From an uncultured Pseudomonadales bacterium (GTDB lineage Bacteria; Patescibacteriota; Microgenomatia; UBA1400; PJMF01): a stretch of DNA of 64,000 nt. Under the pieces are notes generated by a model. That model did no database searches, was not told where the DNA came from, and saw nothing but the letters and a program-made list of their open reading frames with translations. Below are positions 27,193 through 35,826 of this stretch, piece after piece. Location of the stretch: the NCBI GenBank assembly GCA_964637295.1, contig CAZWWE010000001.1:252312-316311 (forward strand), given 5' to 3'. The translations under genes were made by a program, and so were the position numbers. How positions within the stretch are numbered: the stretch's first letter is position 1; each line of letters starts with the position of its first letter.

Positions 27193-30100
27193 AGCAGGTG
27201 GTTACTCCATCATTTAAAAGTGGTGGATAATTGCCTTTATTGGTTTCTGGTACTAAAGTTTCAATAATGGAAAAATTTCTTGGACTAGGATGATAAAAAA
27301 CACCGTTAAAATCTACTTCATAATGCAGATGAGGTCCGGTTGAATTACCCCGATTGCCCATGGGGCCAATCAAAAAGCCTTCTTCAGTGTTCATGCAGGA
27401 TTCTGCCTGTGACAGCTGATCATTTGGCGCCTCAAAATGAGCAAATAATAATTTGCGACTAGTGCCGCTGTCGTCAAACGTCAAAACATAATAACAACCA
27501 TAGCCGCTGTCGCTACAACCCTTAAAGCAAAGTTCACCAGCGTAGGGCACATAAACATTGGGAAATTTGCCGCCGCCGCCGATATCATATGCATCAGCAT
27601 AGCCTTTAGAAAGAGGAGATCGATGAGAAGCATCTGCGTCTGGAGTTCCGACGCCAAAAGGTAATTGAGAAATGCCTCCGGTCGTTGGCCAACAACCGGC
27701 ACCAGCACTGCAGTTGCCAAGACAGACTCTGGCGGCGGTTTTGAGATTGTCTTGACCAGAGATAAAATTATTTTGGTAATAAAAGTTAAGCTCGATGGTG
27801 TTAATGATGGCAGTGTGATTGTAATCTGAGCTTAGGTCGTCGAGGGTATAAGAAAAAGTCAAGTTTTCTCCGGCTGGAATAATAATAAAGTCTGTTTCTG
27901 CGGGACTGGGATTTGCCAGGGGATCATTGACGTTGGCTGGCACATAGCTTGGTTCTTGTGGTATTGAAGAACCAGGATCGTTGAGTGGCTTTTGATCGAG
28001 GGCTTGATTGGCTTTGATAATTTTTTTGAAGTAAGCAAAATCTAGATTTTTTTGTGTTGGTATGGCGGGTATGGGTTTGCCACTTTCTTCCCAACCTTTT
28101 TTGCTTTGTTTAAATTTGATTTGATCTGTAATGTTGTTTATTTGTAGCGAAAAATCTTCTTTGGGCTTAACGGTGACGGTGTATTCGATGGAGAGTGGAA
28201 AACCGGGATTTTCACATTTAGTGCCATTGTTTTCAGGATTGGTACAGCCCTTGACAATTTTGGCAGTTTTTTTCATTTCTGCATATTTGGAAGTTTTTTC
28301 AACAGATTTGTTAATTTCAGATTCATTGAAAGGAAAATCAGTTAAAAAAGCTGAATTGAGACTAGTTTGATAAATCAAAACCAAGGTGGCCGTGGTGCCA
28401 AAAGTAATTAGCACGGCGCGACCAGCAGTTTGCATGGCGGTAGAATAATGTTGGCTGAGCAAGCTTTTGGCGCCATGTGGCAGTTGGGATTCAATTTGTT
28501 GTTGAGCAGAGACGTTGCTGTGTAAAATTCCGCCACTGGCTCCTCCGGCTCCACCTAGCGATTTACCAGCGGCCCCCAACAATCCTCGACTGCCAAATAG
28601 TCCGTTTCTGAGTAAAAAATAACCAGGAGCTAATAGCAAAAGCCAAGGGAGCAAGGCAGAAAGAGCGGCTAAAATTAGTCCTAAAACTATTAGTGGCCAA
28701 TATTTTTTAATTAGCTCAAGAATTTTTTCCAAGCCCATCTCGATCAGCTGCTCTTTAATTTTTTTGATAATGGGCAGCGCTGTTTCAGCGGCGCGCAAGG
28801 CCTCGCCTAAACCACCGGCCGCATCAAGAGCTAAATAAAGTCCCTCACTCAAGGCTTTGCTGGCTAGTTTTTTACCTTTTTGTCCTAAGGCACTGTCGAG
28901 AAAAGCTGTGCCCTGGTAATTCTCTCCGGGTGCAAAAGCTCTTTGCACGTAGCCACTGTCATCTGCCATAAAAGCATCTGCTCCAAATTGTTCAGCCATC
29001 TGTAGCATGTAAAAGTCCATGGGATTGATTTGCGGCGCAATTTGTTTCTGAAATACTTCTAGGCTGTATTCTTGATATGTGACTCCTGGAGCATAATAAT
29101 CAAAAAAAACTTTGAGCGTGTTTTGCTGTTCTGCTTGAGAAAGTTTAGCAATCTCTGTTTCTAAATATTTTTTGATAAGTTCTTGTTGTTGTTCTTGAAA
29201 AGCTAGGAGCTCTCGATTGTTAGGGTCGGCAAGCTTTGCCAGGCCTTCGGTAATTTGTTTGCCTCCGTAGCTTAAATTGAGTGCACCCAAGCGGCGCAAG
29301 GCTGCTAATTTTTTTGGATCTTTTTTGATGGTTTCGAAAAGTTGTTCTGCTTGTTCTGGAGTATATTTTTCTAGGCCCAGTTCTCGACCAACTATATTGA
29401 TATAGATAGCTCTTTTGCGTTTCCAATAAAAAATGATCAAATTGGCCAATTCTTCGCTGTGAGCATCGAAATCTTGTCGATCTAGGCTGTTGCCAAAAAG
29501 ATTGACAAAGCGGCCATAATCGAAATTTTTGGCATCTGGAATTAGAAATTCTGGCGGCAAGCCCTGTTGAATAAAAACTTCAACGAGCGGGCGAACATTT
29601 TCGATCACCAAGCTCATTCTGGCTCGATCTTGAGAGTTGGTGATGCTAATCAATTTTTCGAGGAAGGCTTTTTCTAAATAATTTTCATCTTGAATGATAT
29701 TGAGCTCAGATTCGATAATTTTGGCGAAATTTGAGTTATCTTGCTGAGTTGTTAATAGTTCTTCAGCTTTTTGACTAGTTAAAACATTTTCCTCAGTAGT
29801 GTCATTTTTGGCTCTGGAGCCAAGCTGGTCTGCTGTGAGTGGCTCTTTTTCGTTGGCACGAATTTGCACTTGACCGCCCTGAGCAATATTTCTGACGGCA
29901 GTGTTGAGTAAATTTAAACCATGAACATCCATTAATAAGTTTAAGGCTGTTTGGTTGCTAAAATTAATTCTTTCTGCTGGCTCACTGATTAATTTATCCA
30001 GCGAAAATTGCCCGCTAAGCAACAGGTTTTCTACTTGTGCAAAAGCTCGATCCATTAATTGCTGTCTTATTGCTAATGGAAGCTGGTCAAAAGTAATCAC

Positions 30101-30925
30101 TGTGCCTGGCGGTAAGCCAATTTTTGCCAGCGAAGCCGCGTTGAAATATCTACTTAGAGCTTGATTGATGGTGATAATTGAGAGCGACTGTAAATAGAGC
30201 TTGGCTTGAGGATCGAGCTCAGAGATTTTGAGGGGAGGGGCTTGTTTAGGTGACTCATCAGGAGGCCTTGGCTCTGTTTCTTGACCAGCGGCTTCTGCGC
30301 CTTCTTCATTTTTTGTAGTACTTGGCCAGGCTATTCCAGCCCCAGAGCCTTGCTTTTGTTCCAAATCTTCTTCTACAGAACTTGTTTCTGTCGATTGAAT
30401 CGCTTCAACACTCAAGCTGGGTCGAAGAATTGCATAAATTAATCGAATTCTTTCAATAATTTGCCGTGAAGATTCATAGTCTTCAATTTTTTGTAGCTCT
30501 TCGAGGCTAATTTTTTCTTCTGCTGGAGAAACGCCAATTAAGCTAAAAGTATTTTCCAATCGGTCAAGTTCCACTCTTTGAGCTGAGTTAATAGAAATCT
30601 TATTACTGGTCAAGGAAGTGCGGATTTGTTCAACGAAATTTACTAGGTCCGAGAGAAACAAAAAGGGCTCTTTGCCGTCAACGGGAACAGTGCCGTTCTC
30701 GATATCATTGGCAGTGCTCAAGTCAAATTCGCCACCATAACTAAATCCTTCAATGGCAAAATTTCCCTTAACTTTTTTGTGGCCGGCCGCCTCATTGTAG
30801 AAATCACTAATCCAATCAATGCTTTTTTGAAGCACTTCACTGATTTGATCAGCACTAAGACTATCAACTCCAGCCAATTTTTTCAGCTTAATGCGAGTGT
30901 TTTGATTGATTTTCTCGTCCGCCAT
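27185..30925 (-). CDS. Large membrane protein with C-terminal M23 peptidase domain
   Basis: WPTTGGISQ, SH...AYDI, FAHF, IGPMGNRGNSTGPHLHYEV; TM segments near residues 745-775 and 840-856. Confidence 0.75.
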   Translation of the reverse strand: MADEKINQNTRIKLKKLAGVDSLSADQISEVLQKSIDWISDFYNEAAGHKKVKGNFAIEGFSYGGEFDLSTANDIENGTVPVDGKEPFLFLSDLVNFVEQIRTSLTSNKISINSAQRVELDRLENTFSLIGVSPAEEKISLEELQKIEDYESSRQIIERIRLIYAILRPSLSVEAIQSTETSSVEEDLEQKQGSGAGIAWPSTTKNEEGAEAAGQETEPRPPDESPKQAPPLKISELDPQAKLYLQSLSIITINQALSRYFNAASLAKIGLPPGTVITFDQLPLAIRQQLMDRAFAQVENLLLSGQFSLDKLISEPAERINFSNQTALNLLMDVHGLNLLNTAVRNIAQGGQVQIRANEKEPLTADQLGSRAKNDTTEENVLTSQKAEELLTTQQDNSNFAKIIESELNIIQDENYLEKAFLEKLISITNSQDRARMSLVIENVRPLVEVFIQQGLPPEFLIPDAKNFDYGRFVNLFGNSLDRQDFDAHSEELANLIIFYWKRKRAIYINIVGRELGLEKYTPEQAEQLFETIKKDPKKLAALRRLGALNLSYGGKQITEGLAKLADPNNRELLAFQEQQQELIKKYLETEIAKLSQAEQQNTLKVFFDYYAPGVTYQEYSLEVFQKQIAPQINPMDFYMLQMAEQFGADAFMADDSGYVQRAFAPGENYQGTAFLDSALGQKGKKLASKALSEGLYLALDAAGGLGEALRAAETALPIIKKIKEQLIEMGLEKILELIKKYWPLIVLGLILAALSALLPWLLLLAPGYFLLRNGLFGSRGLLGAAGKSLGGAGGASGGILHSNVSAQQQIESQLPHGAKSLLSQHYSTAMQTAGRAVLITFGTTATLVLIYQTSLNSAFLTDFPFNESEINKSVEKTSKYAEMKKTAKIVKGCTNPENNGTKCENPGFPLSIEYTVTVKPKEDFSLQINNITDQIKFKQSKKGWEESGKPIPAIPTQKNLDFAYFKKIIKANQALDQKPLNDPGSSIPQEPSYVPANVNDPLANPSPAETDFIIIPAGENLTFSYTLDDLSSDYNHTAIINTIELNFYYQNNFISGQDNLKTAARVCLGNCSAGAGCWPTTGGISQLPFGVGTPDADASHRSPLSKGYADAYDIGGGGKFPNVYVPYAGELCFKGCSDSGYGCYYVLTFDDSGTSRKLLFAHFEAPNDQLSQAESCMNTEEGFLIGPMGNRGNSTGPHLHYEVDFNGVFYHPSPRNFSIIETLVPETNKGNYPPLLNDGVTTCYE

Positions 30926-31025
30926 TCTATTTTATTATAACTTTTTACTCATGAGCTTGAAAGAGCAGGAAACAATAATTTACATATTAAACTTTTATAT
31001 CAAAATTGGTACAATATTTTAATCT

Positions 31026-33185
31026 ATGATAGAAGATTTTAATGGTGACCAAGAAGCAATTGGTTTGGCAAATGACATTAAAAAAGTCATTGCTGAATTG
31101 TCCCAAAAAATGGCAATTATATTTAGGGAGATTGACAAATCTGAAGACGGTAAAGATAGTTCTGGCAAACAAATTGATAGATCTCATTTGAAAGAAGTTG
31201 ACAAATTATTTGCCAGATTAAATAATCTAATGTCTCAGCTTGGTTTAGCAAATTTATCTGGGTTAGTGGACGAAGAAAAAGTAAGAGAGTATCAAGAAAA
31301 AATTATTAATCTTACTGACTATTATCAAAACTTATCTAAACAAATTGAAGATCTAAACCCTGCTTCTAAAGATCCTAAAACGATGACCATCGAAGAGGTT
31401 ATTCAGATTTTAGAAAGAGTTGTTGACGATGGGTCTGATTATTACAGAGAAGTAAATCAAAGATTCTTAGAATTACCTAAAGGTCCTCCGCTTAAAGAAG
31501 CAAAATATAGATGTAAAAGAGTCTTTCAAGCAATTTTGGCAAAAGGTGATACTGGTGAAAAAGATTTTGGCATCTGGTTTCCAGAAATTACTAACCAATT
31601 GATTAATAAAACCACTAACTTTATAGACATTGGTAGATATTTATTTACCATTCATTCAGAAAAAGATGAAAATTTATCAATTGAAGACGTAGACAGGTTG
31701 CCAATTAACGAAATTGCTTTGGATATGTGGGACTATGCCCTAGCCAGAATTAAGGGTAAGTATGGTGGTTTAGAAACTGATCCCGACAATCCAAACGATC
31801 ATACTAATTTTGATTATGCTCATTTATTTGGAGATAATATTACCGTTTTTCGCGATCATTTGAGGGCTAAATTTTCAAGTATTGATGATGAGCTTTTTGA
31901 GCAACTTTTTAAGTTTCTTCAATCTCATGATATAAAAACCACTGCTTATGTTGCTTGGCTAGCTAGAGAAACCACTCGTTCTCATGGTGCTGGTCCAGCC
32001 AAGTTAAGAGGTGAAAAATTTGAGGATCCTCTTTTTACGGTAGCTCCTTTTGCAGCTGGCATTTACAGCAGAGGTAGATATGGAGACGTAATTCCAAACA
32101 ACAGTTCGCCCGACATGGTTTTGATGCCCAGAGATGTAGCTGTTAATATTATTCCAGATAAAAAACCTGGAAAGCCTAACGAAAGTAAGAGAAAATCAGC
32201 CGCTGCGCTATGGGACATCGTCAATTCTTATTATACGAAGATTATGTGGCGAGGTACTCCTACATGGATAACTGAAGTAAGAAGCTTGTTTGGTATTGGT
32301 AGCAACGAGATAGATTTGTATAAAACTATGTTTCCAATGCCCGGCGAAGTGATAGTGGATACTTACAGAATTGAACTGGAAAGAAGAAAAATGAACGAAC
32401 GTCACGTTAGTGAGATTAGAAGACTAGAAAAGTTGAGAGATGCCGCTCCTACTCTTCCTGAAAAAGAAGCAATAAATAAAAGAATAGAAGAATTCCGCAA
32501 AATAACAATGGTAGCAGAAAAACAGTCATTCATCGATAAGTGGGAGAGATATGGTTATAGTGATAGATTTGATGAGATTGGTATAAGAAAATTGGCACAG
32601 AGCCCGGACGGCAAAGGTTATAATTTATCAGTTAGTCAATATGATGTTTCATTCAGAGCTATGACTGAAATGACAGATTTTTTCCATCAACCTTTTGGAA
32701 AAATGAACTTCGATCAATGTGTAGAAAAATTTAAACACTGGATGGATAAGATCATTGGTAAGGCAAAATTGGTTCCAGGAAGACATTATGTTTTGTTTCC
32801 ATACTTAACCATGTTTGCCATTGATAAAATCATTTCAAGCTATGAGCTTAGAGATAAATCTTATAAAATTAAGAGCTTAATTGAAAGATTGGGGGAGGAA
32901 TTAGAGCAAGCTGGCGGAGTTCCCGAAATAGTGAAAAAAAAGGTTTTTAATTTTATTCGTCAAGACGAAAAAACTTTTGGAGTTTTCCCAACTGCCATTG
33001 CTTCTAAAGAATATAAACAGGATCTTTATAGATTCAAAACAAGAGTGATGAATGGTGATGAAGAAAAAATTAGAAGACTTATTCCTCTTGGTTTGGCAGC
33101 TGTAAGAGAAGATGGTACTCCAATGAAAGTAGTTGTGCCTTGGGATTGGGGTGTTAAAACAGATAAAGACACGGCTGGCAAATAG
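31026..33185 (+). CDS. Hypothetical soluble charged protein (719 aa)
   Basis: Long ORF, own TG-G-TACAAT -10 box, no signal peptide or recognisable motif. Confidence 0.7.
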   Translation: MIEDFNGDQEAIGLANDIKKVIAELSQKMAIIFREIDKSEDGKDSSGKQIDRSHLKEVDKLFARLNNLMSQLGLANLSGLVDEEKVREYQEKIINLTDYYQNLSKQIEDLNPASKDPKTMTIEEVIQILERVVDDGSDYYREVNQRFLELPKGPPLKEAKYRCKRVFQAILAKGDTGEKDFGIWFPEITNQLINKTTNFIDIGRYLFTIHSEKDENLSIEDVDRLPINEIALDMWDYALARIKGKYGGLETDPDNPNDHTNFDYAHLFGDNITVFRDHLRAKFSSIDDELFEQLFKFLQSHDIKTTAYVAWLARETTRSHGAGPAKLRGEKFEDPLFTVAPFAAGIYSRGRYGDVIPNNSSPDMVLMPRDVAVNIIPDKKPGKPNESKRKSAAALWDIVNSYYTKIMWRGTPTWITEVRSLFGIGSNEIDLYKTMFPMPGEVIVDTYRIELERRKMNERHVSEIRRLEKLRDAAPTLPEKEAINKRIEEFRKITMVAEKQSFIDKWERYGYSDRFDEIGIRKLAQSPDGKGYNLSVSQYDVSFRAMTEMTDFFHQPFGKMNFDQCVEKFKHWMDKIIGKAKLVPGRHYVLFPYLTMFAIDKIISSYELRDKSYKIKSLIERLGEELEQAGGVPEIVKKKVFNFIRQDEKTFGVFPTAIASKEYKQDLYRFKTRVMNGDEEKIRRLIPLGLAAVREDGTPMKVVVPWDWGVKTDKDTAGK

Positions 33186-33245
33186 TCCTATTGCTTCCTT
33201 GCGGATGAATTTTCTACTGATTAGGTTAACAAAGCTAAATTCCAA

Positions 33246-34910
33246 TTAAACTTGAAAATCAACTTCATCTTCAGTAGTGGCAGTTTCCCTAGCCTTTCTT
33301 TCTTCAGCAGCCCTAATTTTTTCTTTATTATAAGCTTGTGAAACCAGAGCTTTTTCCCAATTATTTGGATCAAATGCTTTTCCTTCAAGTAGCGTATCCA
33401 AGGCTCTAGCTTCTTCATTTCCTTTAGCAATCTGTATGCCCATGTTGGTTTTAACAGATTTGCCAATCGTTGGAATTGCAACATCCAATCCCTGACCTTT
33501 GGATGATCTAACTCCCTCAAACACGCCTTTTCCAAGACCGTATGCTCCTCTAGCAATTGGAGGTGTGTAAACAGTTGCGTTCTTCATATTCTTCAATGCC
33601 GATCCCGCCAATTGTCCAAATACGCCTTCTTCCACACCCATGGCCTTTTTGACTTGTTGCATGATTTCTGGAATGACCAAGAGAATGCCGATGCCTAGAA
33701 TGACGGGAATGATGTTGGCTTGACCTTGACCAACTAAAAATGGAGGCATGAAGCCACCGCCAAAAGCGCCATCCAGCGCGTCACCGGTGCCTTGCAGGCT
33801 TCTAATCGGAGCAGTTAGCATTCTTTGTACCAACACACAGAGTAAAACCACTGGCCACAGCACCAAGTTGCCAGCTAAATTTTTGAGCCATTTGCCGAAA
33901 GTATCTTTACCAGGAAAAGCGCCAAGCATCAAGATAATTGGCGAAAAGATAATTTGGATTAACACGGCCACATAAGTTTTGACCAGTTCAAAAAAAATTT
34001 TGAAAGTGGCAAAAAGAATAGCGATGCCGATAATGACCGTACCTAGTAAACTAGATAGCCAGGCGATTGCTTCTCCAACAAAAGAAATATTAAGCGCATC
34101 TTCCATAAATTGTTCAATGGCATTTTGCGTGGCACTGCCAGTGTCAGTGCCCTTAAACATTAGACCAATTAAGCCAAAAACATTGCGAGTGATAATGTCG
34201 GGCCCTTCGGTAAAATAGCCGGCTAAAACATACATCGCCACGTACATGATATCAATCATCAATCCGGCGATGGCATAGGAAAAAGTAACGGCGAGCATGG
34301 CGATCACCACGTTGGGAATAGCTTGCTGAGCCGTAATGGCAGCTTGACCAACCTTGGTGCGAAACATGATCATGAAACCAATAATCAGAAAAATAACCAC
34401 AAAAAAAAGATAAGCTAAATTGCGAAAAGATTTCCAAGTTTCTAGAATTGGATCAAGGGCGGAAAAACCTAAACCCTGGGCCTGCGCTTCTGGAATAATT
34501 TTGGCAGATTTCATCAAGTCAGCAACATAAGAGCGCGTGCTAGCGGGTGGAGTATACAAAGCTACGATGCCTTGATTTACTGAACCAATTAAACCCCCGC
34601 CCAAGCTTTTTTCAAGAGCAATCTTATCTGCACCAGTTATGCCTGCAAGCTTGGCTACTGTTTCTCCTCCATACACACTGCCATTAATAAAATTAAAACT
34701 ATTAGACCAAGTTGAAGAAACATTTTTTTCTTGAGCGACACCTTCTCCAAGAATTGCGTTGGTATAACTATTTGTAGCTTCTTCTATGCGAAAAATAGAG
34801 GCAATCCAATCAGAAACAAAATTCGCTTTTGCAGGTTTAATTGATATAAAAAAACACGAAAAAATACACAAAATAATTAATGATAAGCGAAAGTCTTTTA
34901 CTTGTGTCAT
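33246..34910 (-). CDS. VirB6/TrbL-like polytopic membrane protein
   Basis: Signal peptide; W..FRNLAY.FFV..F..IGFMIM, AIP.....L...TFSYAIAG..ID, IIFSPIIL..GAFPG....KW.K; 6-7 TMs; located in the T4SS cluster. Confidence 0.65.
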   Translation of the reverse strand: MTQVKDFRLSLIILCIFSCFFISIKPAKANFVSDWIASIFRIEEATNSYTNAILGEGVAQEKNVSSTWSNSFNFINGSVYGGETVAKLAGITGADKIALEKSLGGGLIGSVNQGIVALYTPPASTRSYVADLMKSAKIIPEAQAQGLGFSALDPILETWKSFRNLAYLFFVVIFLIIGFMIMFRTKVGQAAITAQQAIPNVVIAMLAVTFSYAIAGLMIDIMYVAMYVLAGYFTEGPDIITRNVFGLIGLMFKGTDTGSATQNAIEQFMEDALNISFVGEAIAWLSSLLGTVIIGIAILFATFKIFFELVKTYVAVLIQIIFSPIILMLGAFPGKDTFGKWLKNLAGNLVLWPVVLLCVLVQRMLTAPIRSLQGTGDALDGAFGGGFMPPFLVGQGQANIIPVILGIGILLVIPEIMQQVKKAMGVEEGVFGQLAGSALKNMKNATVYTPPIARGAYGLGKGVFEGVRSSKGQGLDVAIPTIGKSVKTNMGIQIAKGNEEARALDTLLEGKAFDPNNWEKALVSQAYNKEKIRAAEERKARETATTEDEVDFQV

Positions 34911-35025
34911 AAGACAAGTATATTTTAGATTAAGTCCATGAAAACTGCAAAACTAATTGTAGTAAAAATTTGTTTTAACTTAATCAGCTTGACAAGTGTT
35001 ACAAAAACATTTAAAACAATCTTAA

Positions 35026-35823
35026 ATGATCAATCAAGAACAAACTGATAAGCTTAAGGACATTTTAGGTTCAAGTCAAGATATTCTGCTGATCATGCCA
35101 AATATTGCTGATCTAGACTTGTTTTTAGCCGCTTACTGTTTTTATAGTTGTCTTGCACCCAAAAAAAGAATTCGCCTTTTGAGTCCAAGTGCTAAGCTCA
35201 GCATCCCGGCTGTTTTGAAAAAATTGCTTGATCAAAAAATTATCGAAACAGAATTGGGTAAAGAAAATTTGCTGATTAGCTTTCCTTATCAAGCAGAGCA
35301 GGTTGACAAGGTTTCTTACTACATTGGCGAAGAACAGCAACGTTTTTATTTAACCATCAAGCCCAAAAAAGGTTTTGCGCCTCTAGATAGTCAACAAGTA
35401 GAATTTTTTTATGCTGGGGCGCAAATTGACCTGATCTTTCTATGGGGAGTAAAAAATCTAGATGATTTGCAACAACTATATCTTGCTTACGAAGATCTTT
35501 ATCAGGGCAAAAATAATTTTGTGGCGACCATCAACCATCATTTTGTGCCAGATTTTGGCAATTTGAATTTGGAAATTGCTCCGGCTAGTTCATATTGTGA
35601 AGCAATTTTGGCCATACTAACTAAAATCGATCCACAAAATGAAAATTTTTTATCGCAAAGCAATTTGCCTAGTTTATTGCTATATGGCATTGAGAGTAAA
35701 ACTAAGGCTTTACAAACCAAAGAAGCTGGAGCAGAAACCTTTGCTAGCGTTGCGAGCTTATTAAAGCTGGGGGCCAAGAGATATTTTAAGCTAGCTGGTT
35801 CAAAAAAGATCAAAGACAGTTAA
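35026..35823 (+). CDS. DHH/NrnA-like phosphoesterase family protein, degenerate
   Basis: DLIFLWG, TINHH (DHH-like), FGNLN....ASSYCE, LLYGI...T pattern. Confidence 0.55.
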   Translation: MINQEQTDKLKDILGSSQDILLIMPNIADLDLFLAAYCFYSCLAPKKRIRLLSPSAKLSIPAVLKKLLDQKIIETELGKENLLISFPYQAEQVDKVSYYIGEEQQRFYLTIKPKKGFAPLDSQQVEFFYAGAQIDLIFLWGVKNLDDLQQLYLAYEDLYQGKNNFVATINHHFVPDFGNLNLEIAPASSYCEAILAILTKIDPQNENFLSQSNLPSLLLYGIESKTKALQTKEAGAETFASVASLLKLGAKRYFKLAGSKKIKDS

Positions 35824-35826
35824 AAA

